This document shows, piece by piece, positions 49,231 to 60,353 of a stretch of DNA of 64,000 nt. The position numbers and the translations under genes are program-made. This DNA is from Macrostomum hystrix (lineage: Eukaryota > Animalia > Platyhelminthes): the NCBI GenBank assembly GCA_950097015.1, contig CATNEN010000038.1, positions 1,488,001-1,552,000 of the forward strand, written 5' to 3'. The notes beneath the pieces were generated by a model, which was not told the DNA's origin, searched no databases, and saw only the letters and a list, made by a program, of their open reading frames with translations. Each line of letters starts with the position of its first letter. Within the stretch, counting starts at the first letter, position 1.

Positions 49231-49937
49231 TCAACGCCATGAAGACCGAGGTGCTGACGGTGCCGCAAAACCTACCTGCCGAGATTCGACTAAGAGACGG
49301 TGACGGCCCCGGGACCGTGCTCCCGAAGTGCCGTCAGTTCGTCTACCTCGGCGGACTGGTGCCTGACGTGGGCGACGACCTGGCGAGACGACGCGGCAAG
49401 GCCTGGGCCGCCTACCGTTCTGTGCGGGCGGTGCTACTCTCCGAGGCCCTGTCGAACGGCGCCAGGTCCCAGCTGTTCCAGGCGGTTGTCGAGACCGCCC
49501 TCTTGTACAATGCTGAGACCTGGACGATGACCGGGGCGCTCGAGGCGCAGCTCGACGCAGCGCATGCGGCCCTAGTTCGCGCCGCTTTCGGCGCCCGCCG
49601 CGGCCCTGGCAGCGAGACAACCGAGTCCCTGTACCAGCGTGCGCGCCTAACGCGGCCTTCTGTCCTGCTGAGTCAGCGGCGACTGCGGCTGGCCGGGCAT
49701 GTCATCCGCGCCGAAGCCTACTGCCCAGAGCCGCTGCAGGATGTCCTGCTGTGGACCTCGCAGGGACCGCGCAGGCGCGGCCAGGGACGAACAGCCCGCT
49801 ATATTGACCGCCTTTTTGAAGACGCCCGAGCACCCAGCCAGGCGGCAGGCGTGAAGCACGTCAGAGACCTGGCACTGAAACGCGCGTTTTGACGCTCCCC
49901 CCTCTTGGCCACTTCTGTGGTCGGCGTGGAGTGTAAC

Positions 49938-49968
<31 letters not shown>
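49231..49968 (+). mobile_element. 5'-truncated RTE-like LINE with (ATT)n tail
   Basis: ORF 49239-49892 with FVYLGG, LLYNAETWT, RRLRLAGHVIR. Short hairpin 3' UTR, ~10 ATT units, decayed TSD taagatctcc..gctatc on both sides. Confidence 0.9.
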
Positions 49969-49970
<2 letters not shown>

Positions 49971-50707
49971 GATCTCCCTATTTCGCTATCTGGATACTGA
50001 AAGTATGTGTCGGATGTATTTTAGTGCCTTTGGTGTGCCTTTACAATGAAGACTAGTTTACAAGAGCAAGGTGTGAGTATTGCAGACATTTTATAAAAAA
50101 CAGCGGATCCAACATGACCGAGGCACAATGTGAACAAGTTGCAGACTCCTCAATTTCACTCTCGCAAAGCGAAATTCGCTTTTGTTGAAAAGTCTTTTTC
50201 GCTCTGCCAGTCAGGAAGTGACATTGTAATGCAGCTCCTAAGATCGCCCATTCTGCGACTCTTTTATACCGCCAAACCGAGTCAGACCCATGCAGCTCAT
50301 TGTTCTCAGCTTGTGCGACTGCGGAAAAAATCACTTGGTACCAGTCCTCACAAAAAGATACAGTTTTGCGTCCGTTGAATTGATGCATAGGTAAGCGATG
50401 GTTCAGGTCAGAACGCTGCCTTGGACTGCATGCAGAGAGCCAAGGCTCTAGGAAGATTAAAAAAAGTTGGCGCGATTGAAAATTACTTGCTTGCTTTCCC
50501 AAGTAGCCTTTGAAACAGATTGGAGCACGCATCCCAATGGCTTCGTGTTTTATTTTGAGCAGCATTCTCGTCTTAAGCAAAGTAGAAAACTTCTGCTTGA
50601 CGTCTACATTCTATAGCAGCGTCTCAAAAAGGCTCAAAATTTGCATGTGTTCTGTGTTCAGTAAAATGACTGAAATCTGCACACAAGGAAACATCAGGAG
50701 TTTATGC

Positions 50708-51538
50708 TCAGCCTCGTGAGTAGACGAGAACCTCGCACAAGGTGAGTGGCGTGGCAGCAAGCCGGTTGGTCACGCGGATCACTGAGCCATGCAGCTCGCA
50801 CAGAAACGCTCTCACGGCAAACGTGACGTTTGAATTGTACTGAGCACAGGTGATGCCACTCACTTCGATGGTGAACCGAGTGAGTCGCTCGTGACAACAG
50901 TCGACTCGATTGTACAGGACCACGTGAGACAGGTCAGTAGAAGCGGTTAGGAAGGCCTGCCACCATGAGTAGCTTTGTAAGTTAGTGTGAGTGCACGAGG
51001 AGGCAGTTGAGCCAAAGCCAATCGCAATAGAACCATCGTAAGCCCTATCACAATGGCCGCGATCCGAGAAACGGTTTGAGCTCTGCTGACAGCTGGTGAA
51101 ATTGCTTCGTGTTGTTACGCCTGTAATTTTTTCGATGCTGTGCTCAGTGTCATTAAAAAACAATCGAATCTAAAACGAAAAACAACGAAGATTTTACTTT
51201 CTCATAAAATATTTATCTATTTCTGCTCACATGCAAAGTCGGCCCTAGCAACGTAGGTTCGTCCGCGGCACGTCGAGTCGCTGGTCCAGTTGAGCACGTA
51301 GGCTGTCAGATCGAAGGCCGTGCAGCCGCGGGCTTCAGCGACCCAGTGAACTCCGAAGCAGCGAACTCCGAATACAGCGAACAGCTGTATCAGCCAATGC
51401 TGATGATACGTTGGCGAGGCTCCCGGACGGTGGGCAGTTGAGGTTGGCGGGGTGGAGGATCAGGCGGAAGTCTGGATTATCGCAGGAGTTAGCGAGGCCG
51501 CAAGGAATGAGCAGGATGATGAGTAGATACAGCGGCAT
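50708..51538 (-). pseudogene. PAN/apple + F-type lectin copy 3, frameshifted in exon 1
   Basis: Near-identical to copy 2 including the intron. In exon 1, 56 bp are replaced by 15 bp (net -41), giving a premature stop at 51335. Confidence 0.85.
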
Positions 51539-52293
51539 TGTTTTCTGATACAGGTGCACTGATCTTCTCGATTACAATTAAAACCTTTTGTCAGAGTCTA
51601 TAAATATCAGTTGGAAGTCGGCTTCATAACCAATCACAGTCAAGAGTCAGCTTTGTTGAGAACGGGGAGAATTAAAGCTCTTTTGCCCAGTGGTATAATT
51701 GTCAGGATTTAAATTTTCGACTTTTTAGGGTACAATTTATTTCGCAAAATACGTATGATTTGCAACAAGTCTTTGTACGAAGATAAAGAAAAGTTAACGA
51801 AGACTTGTTTTTACTTTTTAACATTTTAGAAGTAGAAATTAAATTGTTAGATCTCAAGAAGCGAGATGATTTTTTATATTTAATTTTTGTAGCCGCTTTT
51901 TTGTCAGCTACATTGTACAAGGGAGCCTAGTAACTGTGGTTTTAATTCGGAGCTTAGTAGTCATAAAAGCTTGAGAATATTATGTAGCTCAAAAGAATCC
52001 TAAAGTCGAGATTGACATGAGCTGAAATACCTCGTAAATGTGAATATGGCGCCATTTATTTTTGTTTTAATCACTACGCAATACCGGCAGATACAGTAGG
52101 GGCATAAATCTACCGGAAAAGTTCATTTTGCTTGTTATCCGTGATCTAATTAGAAAAAAATGGACCACACTTTTTTGAACTATATCCGTCGTTGGTAACA
52201 AGCAAGAGTTTTGCAAGCAAGTCAGACACAATGACAGGGATTGGAATCCATTATTAATGACTGAATACAGGCGGTAATACTCATTTTCGTCTG

Positions 52294-55200
52294 TCAGGGC
52301 TGTCGCTGCCTCACGGACTCCTCTAGTCGGCGAATTCTTGAGTAGACCTCATCCCAGCGCAGGTAGGCGCCTTCCAGGTGTCTCTCAGCGGTGCCGCGCA
52401 CTGTGTACGCATTCCTGCCGTGCAGGACGCGTCGATTGTCGAAGGTCACGATGTCGCCTGAATGGGTGTCGGGCAAGGCAGTGTTGCACTTTTAGTACAA
52501 TCGAGTTAATTCTGCCTTACTTCACGCACAGAACAACAGACATAAAATAAGCGCTATCTACTGCTTTGTTCCTATCTCTGTAAGTAGTGTCCAGCGAAGC
52601 TAGTTTTGTGCTTACCCTCTTTCAGCTTGGTGTAGACGGCGCATTGGTTGCTGTGCAGCAGAGTGTCAAACATTTTCAGCGCGTCGTAGAATTGCTGAAC
52701 CTCCTCGGCCGGCAGGTTCAGGTAGGTGTCCCTCACCTGGTTGTTGTAGCAAATCATCTCGTAGTCACCGTCCTTTGTCAGACTGTAAGTGGAAGAATAT
52801 GGTCAATCGACGGGGACGGGAATTGATGGGGAACAGAACGAGCTCTACCTGATGACTCTCTGCCTGCTCAGCATGTGGAAGTCGGCCAGGTGATCCGTGC
52901 CATAGTCGTAGAAGTCCACCAGCTGGGTGGTCAGGGCCCGGAAGCCGTCAGGATCGGCCGCCTTCAGCAGGTTGGCCACGTGGAAGCCGTCGGAGAAGAA
53001 ATTCTCACCGCCGCTGATGTTGTCGGACTGCGCCAGGCAGTGCAGCAGCTGGATCTGGCGAGGGCAGAGTGACAGGAAAAGTGACAGTTTGACATTCGAG
53101 ATGACAGTCTGACAGATAGAGTGATAGTGAAGCATGGAGTGACACTGAAAAGATGGAATGGCAGTGGAACAGGTGGGGTGGCAGTGGGGCAAGTGGAGTG
53201 GCAGTGGTACAGGTGGAGTGGCAGTGGGACAGGTGGAGTGGCAGTGGGACAGGTGGCAGTGGCAGTGGGACAGGTGGAGTGGCAGTGGGGCAGTTGGAGT
53301 GGCAGTGGGGCAAGTGGAGTGGTAGTGAGACAGGTGGAGTGGCAGTGGGACAGGTGGAGTGGCAGTGGGACAGGTGGAGTGGCAGTGGGACAGGTGGAGT
53401 GGCAGTGGGGCAAGTGGAGTGGTAGTGAGACAGGTGGAGTGGCAGTGGGACAGGTGGAGTGGCAGTGGGGCAGTTGGAGTGGCAGTGGGACAGGTGGAGT
53501 GGCAGTGGGACAGGTGGAGTGGCAGTGGGACAGGTGGAGTGGCAGTGGGGCAAGTGAAGTGGCAGTGGCACAGGTGGAGTGGCAGTGGGACAGGTGGAGT
53601 GGTAGTGGGACAGGTGGCAGTGGCAGTGGGACAGGTGGAGTGGCAGTGGGACAGGTGGAGTGGCAGTGGGACAGGTGGAGTGGTAGTGGGACAGGTGGCA
53701 GTGGCAGTGGGACAGGTGGCAGTGGCAGTGGGACAGGTGGAGTGGCAGTGGGACAGGTGGAGTGGCAGTGGGGCAGTTGGAGTGGCAGTGGGACAGGTGG
53801 AGTGGCAGTGGGACAGGTGGAGTGGCAGTGGGGCAAGTGGAGTGGCAGTGGGACAGGTGGAGTTTCATTGTGACATTTATGAGTGTCAGCATCACAGACG
53901 GAGCTGCAGTGATAGAATAATTGACACTGTTACAAAGGAATAGAGAACAGTGAGAGTGATATATAGTGCTATTGCGCTATCGAGAGGTAGGGCACACATG
54001 CATTGCTGGTCGATTAGACTAATTGTGCCTAATTAAGGCAAAACAATTCGCTCACTCCTGGTGGGTCCTTGTAGAACGGCAGGTCCACATGAAGTCCCAG
54101 TCTGGCTGGAGTGTACGCCAGGTTGCTAGGATTAATCTTGCTCTTCACCGTGAAAGTCTTCCCATAGTTTGTTTCCATGGGAAAAGCGACTCGGTTGCAA
54201 AGGTCGACGACCGCCTGGAGACCCGCCTGGCCGGTGACTGGGGCGCCTTCTACCACAGTCAGGCCGAAGGCTTCCATGTCGTTGAGAAATTCGAGCAAAG
54301 TCAAGTCTGACTGTAGGATCTGAAATGACGAGCAGGAAATTTAGGACTAGGACTGGGAATGTAGGGTGCAGGACTGGGAATGTAGGGTGCAGGACTGGGA
54401 ATGTAGGGTGCAGGACTGGGAATGTAGGGTGTAGGACTGGGAATGTAGGGTGTAGGACTGGGAATGTAGGGTGCAGGACTGGGAATGTAGGGTGCAGGGC
54501 TGGGAATGTAGGGTGCAGGACTGGGAATGTAGGGTGCAGGACTGGGAATGTAGGGTGCAGGACTGGGAATGTAGGGTGCAGGACTGGGAATTTGTTGGAC
54601 TGGGAATTTAGGGTGTAGGACTGGGAAATAGACAAAATAGTCTATGGTTAACATCGGATTCATCAATAGGGGTGAATGGCAAAGCGGATAACGCGTTGCC
54701 ACTCGCACCAAGGTCCCTGAGCTGGATTCTGCGGCGAGGCCACATTCATTTGGGGCGCAGCCGCGGAGAGAAGGCTTTGGGGGCTTGACGTGCAATTTAC
54801 GCCTTAAAGGGCCAACCTCCAAGGCACAGTGACAGTGTACACTGCCTGACGATGAGAAAGGCAGGACAGATGTACACACCTGTGTGCGCCTGCAAAATCA
54901 CCAAATTTAGTTTGCAAAAACTAACTAAGCACTAGGCTTCAAGGTCCTTGATAATGATTGGCTACTTGATTCGCTCACTGGTTGATTCAATAGAACTTTT
55001 ATGAACTTTTTTAGAATGCAGCAAGGTAATATAAAAAACAAAATGTGATTGGGTGATGAGGCACAGAAAATTGCAAAGGGGCAAGTTTAGCGAAAAAATA
55101 GTGGAAAAAGGCCCTGAAAGACAGACGAATCTGCTTATGGCACATTTTTTCTTGTGGGTCAGACAGTTAGGCGTGTCTGAGCAAGAAGACATTGCTAAGT

Positions 55201-57180
55201 CCTTAACAGCGCCCTGCATCTGAGGTTTCTGAAGGGCGGCCGCTGCTTTCGGTGCAACTCCCCGCCAAAAAAGGTTCAAATTCGTTTTCTCTTTTTTCCG
55301 GTACTTTTGAGATGATTGAGAGCAAGGGAGGAGGCAAAGAGGATCAGGAGAGGAAACACTAGCGTCCGAAGTAGCTGAAATTAAATTTCCCGCGCAGGCC
55401 AGCGGGACATTGCCAAGCGATTTATATTCAGCCGATTGCACTTTTATCTCTGCTGTCTGCCCGCACTCCGGCTCATTGGGAAGATGAACTGGCCGTGTGG
55501 CTCTCTAGGGAAATGACCAGAGCGAGTCAAGTAGTGGTAAAACAGCATATTGCTGACGGGCTTCAAGTGGCCAACTTGAAGTTTTCACTTTTAAAAAACT
55601 GAATTTAATAGACAGCTTCCTACCTGCTGAAATTTGTGCCTCCTGATGATGTACTCGGAGCCCCACAGCTTGTGCTTGCCGCTGTACCACTGGCTGCGCT
55701 CTCGCTGCGATTCTGCATCGAAGCTGCGCCGCTGGAGCCAATCGTATTGGTAGCTGCTCACGTGACCGTCCGCCCAGGTCAGGCTGCAGGTCTTGCCTTC
55801 GTCGTCCAACTAATGACAGGTTCGGCAACAGAAGCGCAGAGTTAATTGCTTTGATTTTCAAATGTACTTCTTAGTGAATACGTTTTATCGTGGTGGTCGA
55901 GGCCCACGTCAAAATACAGAATGCAGACGAGGAGAAATTGGCTTGTGGCTCGGTTTGCTAAAAGCCACAAATTGTTCAAGTGGAGTTTGAATACGAACCC
56001 TCGACCTTCAACGCATGAGGCCGACACTCTTGCCGCTAGGCCGAATCTCCTCTTTCGCTAGAAGTCTAAAGGTCATTTCAAGGTCATCTATAAATAAAAC
56101 AGAATTCCTAACTTTTTTAAAGTGTACTGTTAGAAAAAATGTTACTGATGCAATTATGCCAGTTACTCGTACAAGCCTGGCTAGAACGCGGTTGCTGTTA
56201 TTAACTGATACGGCACTGCGATGTGCGTTTCTCACAAATGATCGAACCAGAATAAACCTGGCTTTGATAAGGCGACCGAAATTCTGCTTTTGCACCTGTT
56301 TTCTTCTGGTTCAAACTCAAGATCAGTGCTAGCTATTGAACATTCAGGCCATTCAGTAGAACTCAAACTATCTAATTGGCATTATTGCTTAACAGTCTCT
56401 TCCCGATGCACTCAGGCGTGCAAGCATCCCATGCAATATTTATTTGAAACCTATAAATATATACCTATAGTATTCTAATGTCTGAATGTGGCCAGTGGGA
56501 ATGTTACAACTGCTGCAGTTAAGTGAGTACGGCACTGTACTTGTAAATGCATGTTATAGAGTGCAGTGACAATTGTCTATACAAGCGATTGTACAGGTGA
56601 TTTGGACTCAAAACTATATGCACTATGCAATATTGTTAATTGGCTTGCTAATTACAAACTTAAGAGATGAAAAGACAATAGCTTATTCGACTTCATACTT
56701 GTATAGTTTGGTTGTTCTTCAAATGAAGCGTGCTTCTATCAACTTTTGTTGTTCGGCCCCCACTTTTAGTGTTCCTGATGTCATTTTCTTGATTTAAACA
56801 ATTGTAATTTTTTTGCAAATGACATGCACACAATTTTTACATTTTTAAGATTCGCGTGCTTTCAGGTTGAAGGCCTCATTTAGGTTTACCTGGACGCCGT
56901 CAACCCCCACCCTGGGGTCGAAGTTCTCCATTAGCTGCAGTCTGGACAGGGTTGTCGGGTGGAAGCACGCGCTGCACTGGCAATTGTCCCGCAGCCAAGC
57001 AAGCGGCAGCACTGCCTTGCTGCGCCGTCCTCTGTCCGACCACTGCAGCGTGAGCAGGCGCTGAGTCTCATCAACGGAGCTTGACGCAGTTGAAGACAGA
57101 GCTCGCCTCAGAGCTGTTGAAATCCGAGTGCAGGTTGGTCCGAGGACAACGGCCCGGCCAAGCAATCGCATTGTCGCCAT
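52294..57180 (-). CDS. BBOX1: Gamma-butyrobetaine dioxygenase, 6 exons
   Basis: Exons 57180-56890, 55809-55624, 54319-54056, 53054-52849, 52782-52616, 52457-52294 join in frame. WLRDNCQCSAC Zn motif, W.DGH.S.Y..DWL, NLAYT..LGLHVDLP (HxD), QLLHC, DGF, FDNRRVLHGR, RHLEGAY. Confidence 0.92.
53155..53865. repeat. Minisatellite, 20-bp unit GTGGCAGTGGGACAGGTGGA (BBOX1 intron 3)
   Basis: About 35 units. Confidence 0.95.
54343..54625. repeat. Minisatellite, 21-bp unit GGACTGGGAATGTAGGGTGCA (BBOX1 intron 2)
   Basis: About 13 units. Confidence 0.95.
54668..54893 (+). mobile_element. SINE family B, 3'-truncated
   Basis: tggcaaagcgg..ggcgaggccacatt.atttggggcgcagccgcggagagaaggct..gtgtacactgcctgacgatgagaaag. 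Confidence 0.85.
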
Positions 57181-58622
57181 TCACCTGCCGCGCTGCTTCA
57201 CTTTGGAAGGCCACAGAAAGCTGGGAGAAATTGCTGCTTGAGTCCTCTGTAATCCGCTCAACTCTCAGTGCACCTGCTTCTTTATAGCAAGCCTCGAGGT
57301 TAATAATATTGATTACAAACCTGAGCAGGTAGGACTAGCTAGCGAGAAAGAGCAAAGCAAAGCAAACTATATCAGTGTAGTGTGCGCTTTTTTGTGACGC
57401 AGAAATCTTTGCTCTTTACGTCTTCTCTCTCTCTATTTTATAAAGCTCCCTGTGTGACCGCCCCACCCCAATCTCATAGTACAATTAGCGCGGGACAAGG
57501 CCTCACAAACAAGCGGAGGGCTGGCAACGCCCAGCCAGTCACTGTAAATTGTGGCGCAGCGTATGAACTTGACAGTTGGCGCTTTACAATCTTCTAAAAG
57601 AGGAGCTGGAACAGAAGGGGAGTGAAATGCAGTTGGGGGGATTGTTTGACCGGAGCTGAATCTAACGTGACAATGCGCCAAGCCGCCAAGCCGCAGCTTA
57701 CAGAGTGCGACATTTGGAACCCCTTCCTGCCTGCGCCTCTGCGTGCACTGTACACGGGCAAGGTCCAGTGAGTGATTAAAAATAAACACACTGCGAACAG
57801 CTTGGCATTCTGTCTGTTTTACTGCGTGCTAATGTGTAAATCTTCTGATGTCAATCTACTCGTAGCTGGCCACGACCTTCACGAGAAAGCTTTAATTTAT
57901 TGGCAGATAAGTTTAAAATTACTTAAACATACCCAGTAGTAATATACAGTACATCACATAACAAATGCAGAGAGGACGAGAGTTCATAGGCAAGACACTG
58001 AAACTGGGGGAGAAGTTTGGGTGGTCGTTGGCGGTCTTCGCTGTCCATGGACTTCACCGACTGTACAAAGCGCACAAATTGTACAAAGGTTTGATATCGC
58101 GCAAATCTTTGATATTCAGTTAGATATTGTTGACTCGTTTCAGGAAAATTATTTGATTTTACTGCGATAAAAAAATTACGATTGTTAATCATTTAGAATT
58201 ATTTTGTAGTACTCGTACTTGACAAAGAAAAAATCATCAAAGATAATTATTTGAGCTGTTTTGAAAACTTACAAAGTCCTGTCAAAGTTAGACGAAGCAG
58301 GGACCTGTCAGACAATACTTACATTTTTATTTACTAGTACACCTGTGGTGTACGAGAATTACTGTTTTTGAAATAAAGATGACATTTTAGAGTTGAATAG
58401 CGGAACTGGAACTCATTACAAATAACTTTACTTGCCGGATGTACTACTCGGCAAATTCGTTCGGAAGTAGTAAAAATAGTTATTCATTCTAAAAGAAAAT
58501 ACATTTTTAAAGAATACTAAAAGTACAATAGTGATTTTTTGCTAGTTTTGAGAATTTTCTGAAAAAGTTAAAAATCAAAGAACATAATCAACGTATTAAT
58601 TCACCAAATAAAATGTGTAATT

Positions 58623-59462
58623 TCATTGCATCCTCCTTTGCATTTGTTGAATATCACGGAGCTCCTGAATTCGACTGGCCGAATTCACCAGCTCTTCTTT
58701 AACTATGCTCGGCGGCTGCTGCTGCTGCTCCTGGTTTTTCTGCCTTAGCCGCTGAAATATTGGATTGTTCTTCAACTCGTCTTCTGCAAGATGTAAACAA
58801 AAAATGTTTACACTTCTTGGCTCTGAGTCCATAACAGACGTACGACAGAAGCAATTGCAGATTAAACATTATTACTCACCACTGGCTGTCTCATCACAGT
58901 CCAAACGTTGACACCTGGACTGCCAGTGAATCATGTTCGTTTCGATGACCGATGTCGGTTCCCTTGAGGCTGATGTCAGTGCCGCTCCCTGATCATTGTG
59001 AACATCATTAACGTCACGATCAAGGTCATGGCCGTGGCTATGGTCGCCATCGTCGACTTTAACATCGCTTTGCTCTTCGTGAGCGACGTTGCAATCCCCG
59101 GGGCTAGAGCTAGTTGACGCTTCGGCTGCAGCTTCGGCAAGTCGTAGCAGGGCTCGAGCGCGTGACCTTGGCATCCGAAGCGGCTGCATCGCTGCGGCCT
59201 GACCAGGCACAGCGTTGCACAGCATGCGAAACGTCTTCGACGGTATGCTGTCGCCCGAATACCTGATGGACTTTGGCCGTTGGAGAGACGCCGAGGCTGG
59301 GGAGTAATGCTCGAAGCTGTCGGCTCCTCCAGCCGCTAAACTCGCTGTTTGCTGCCAATCCATGGCTGCGTCCGATCGTCTGATAACTTTCTGGGATCGC
59401 CAGGCTCGCTTTAAATAGACGGACGCGTTGGCCATCCAAGCCGTTCTGTTCGATCCCTGCAT
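58623..59462 (-). CDS. Uncharacterised two-exon protein, possible Zasp-like motif
   Basis: Exons 59462-58880 and 58783-58623 join in frame (phase 1). YSGDSIPSKTFRML resembles the Zasp-like motif consensus (IPSRSFRML), and the C-terminus is a predicted coiled coil. Confidence 0.55.
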
Positions 59463-60106
59463 TAGTCAGACGAAAGGAATGTTGCTAAAAATAGCTTGCA
59501 ACAGGAGGCCCGCTACAGACACCAGGTATGGAATCTGAATGGGAACTCTGTGGAGCCATTCGGAGCTAAAATTGGTGGGAACCATCAGTAAACAGTGACT
59601 AAAGCCTCACGATTCGACTACGGTATTAGGAAAGGAAAATGGACTTGTAAGGAGATTTCCCAGTACAGAAGCGACCTGCCCGTCAGTCTGACGGTCCAAT
59701 TGGTTGCCTCCCAGCAGAAGACCTTATCTTTGCGGTCTGCACTAATTAACCTTTTTGGGCTGCTTTAAGCTGAAAGGAAAGCTTGGTTTATTGTTCCCGA
59801 TAAAACGTTGAAGCTTTGGTCCTAGTTTTTGATTCCCCCTTTGGGGAGTAGAGTAATTAAATACATAATAAAACAAACCCTTTTTGTTTTTTTACTCGAG
59901 CTTTTACTTTTCTGAGCTCTGTGACACACATTGCCGAAGGATCAGACCTTCGCGACCCGATACGCCTAGCACGTGTTAGTATGTCTAGTATATCGTCTTT
60001 GGTCTGCTGATTGTCAAGGCAACGTACGTTAGACGTGGAAGTGGATAGTTGGCAGCACTGAAAGCCTACACTGGCAGATAATCGTCTTAAGCTTCACTAG
60101 CTTCAT

Positions 60107-60158
60107 CCACAGATTCTATATTCTATATTATATTTTATAGGTAATATAGAATCTGTGG
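60107..60158. mobile_element. 52-bp micro-MITE
   Basis: 16-bp perfect TIR CCACAGATTCTATATT / AATATAGAATCTGTGG with 6-bp TSD CTTCAT. Confidence 0.8.
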
Positions 60159-60353
60159 CTTCATCAGTGCTGGCCTGTCTTTGCTTCAGGCTTGGCCATA
60201 AACTAAAGTTAGTTACACACATTACATATATAAAATATTGAACAAAGTTACGAAGCCGACTGACCTTAGCATAAAGAACTGAAAGAAATCTTACTTAGAA
60301 ACAAGCAGAAAACCTGACTGAAGAAATTTTAATTCGTTCAAAAAATTGGACAC

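Noticed and set aside
52964-54879. His/Pro- and Trp/Gly-rich ORFs
   Set aside because: Intronic minisatellites of BBOX1.
30252-58217. Recurrent TACTCGTA/TACGAGTA motif (5 sites noticed)
   Set aside because: The count is close to chance for an 8-mer in 64 kb on two strands, with no consistent position.
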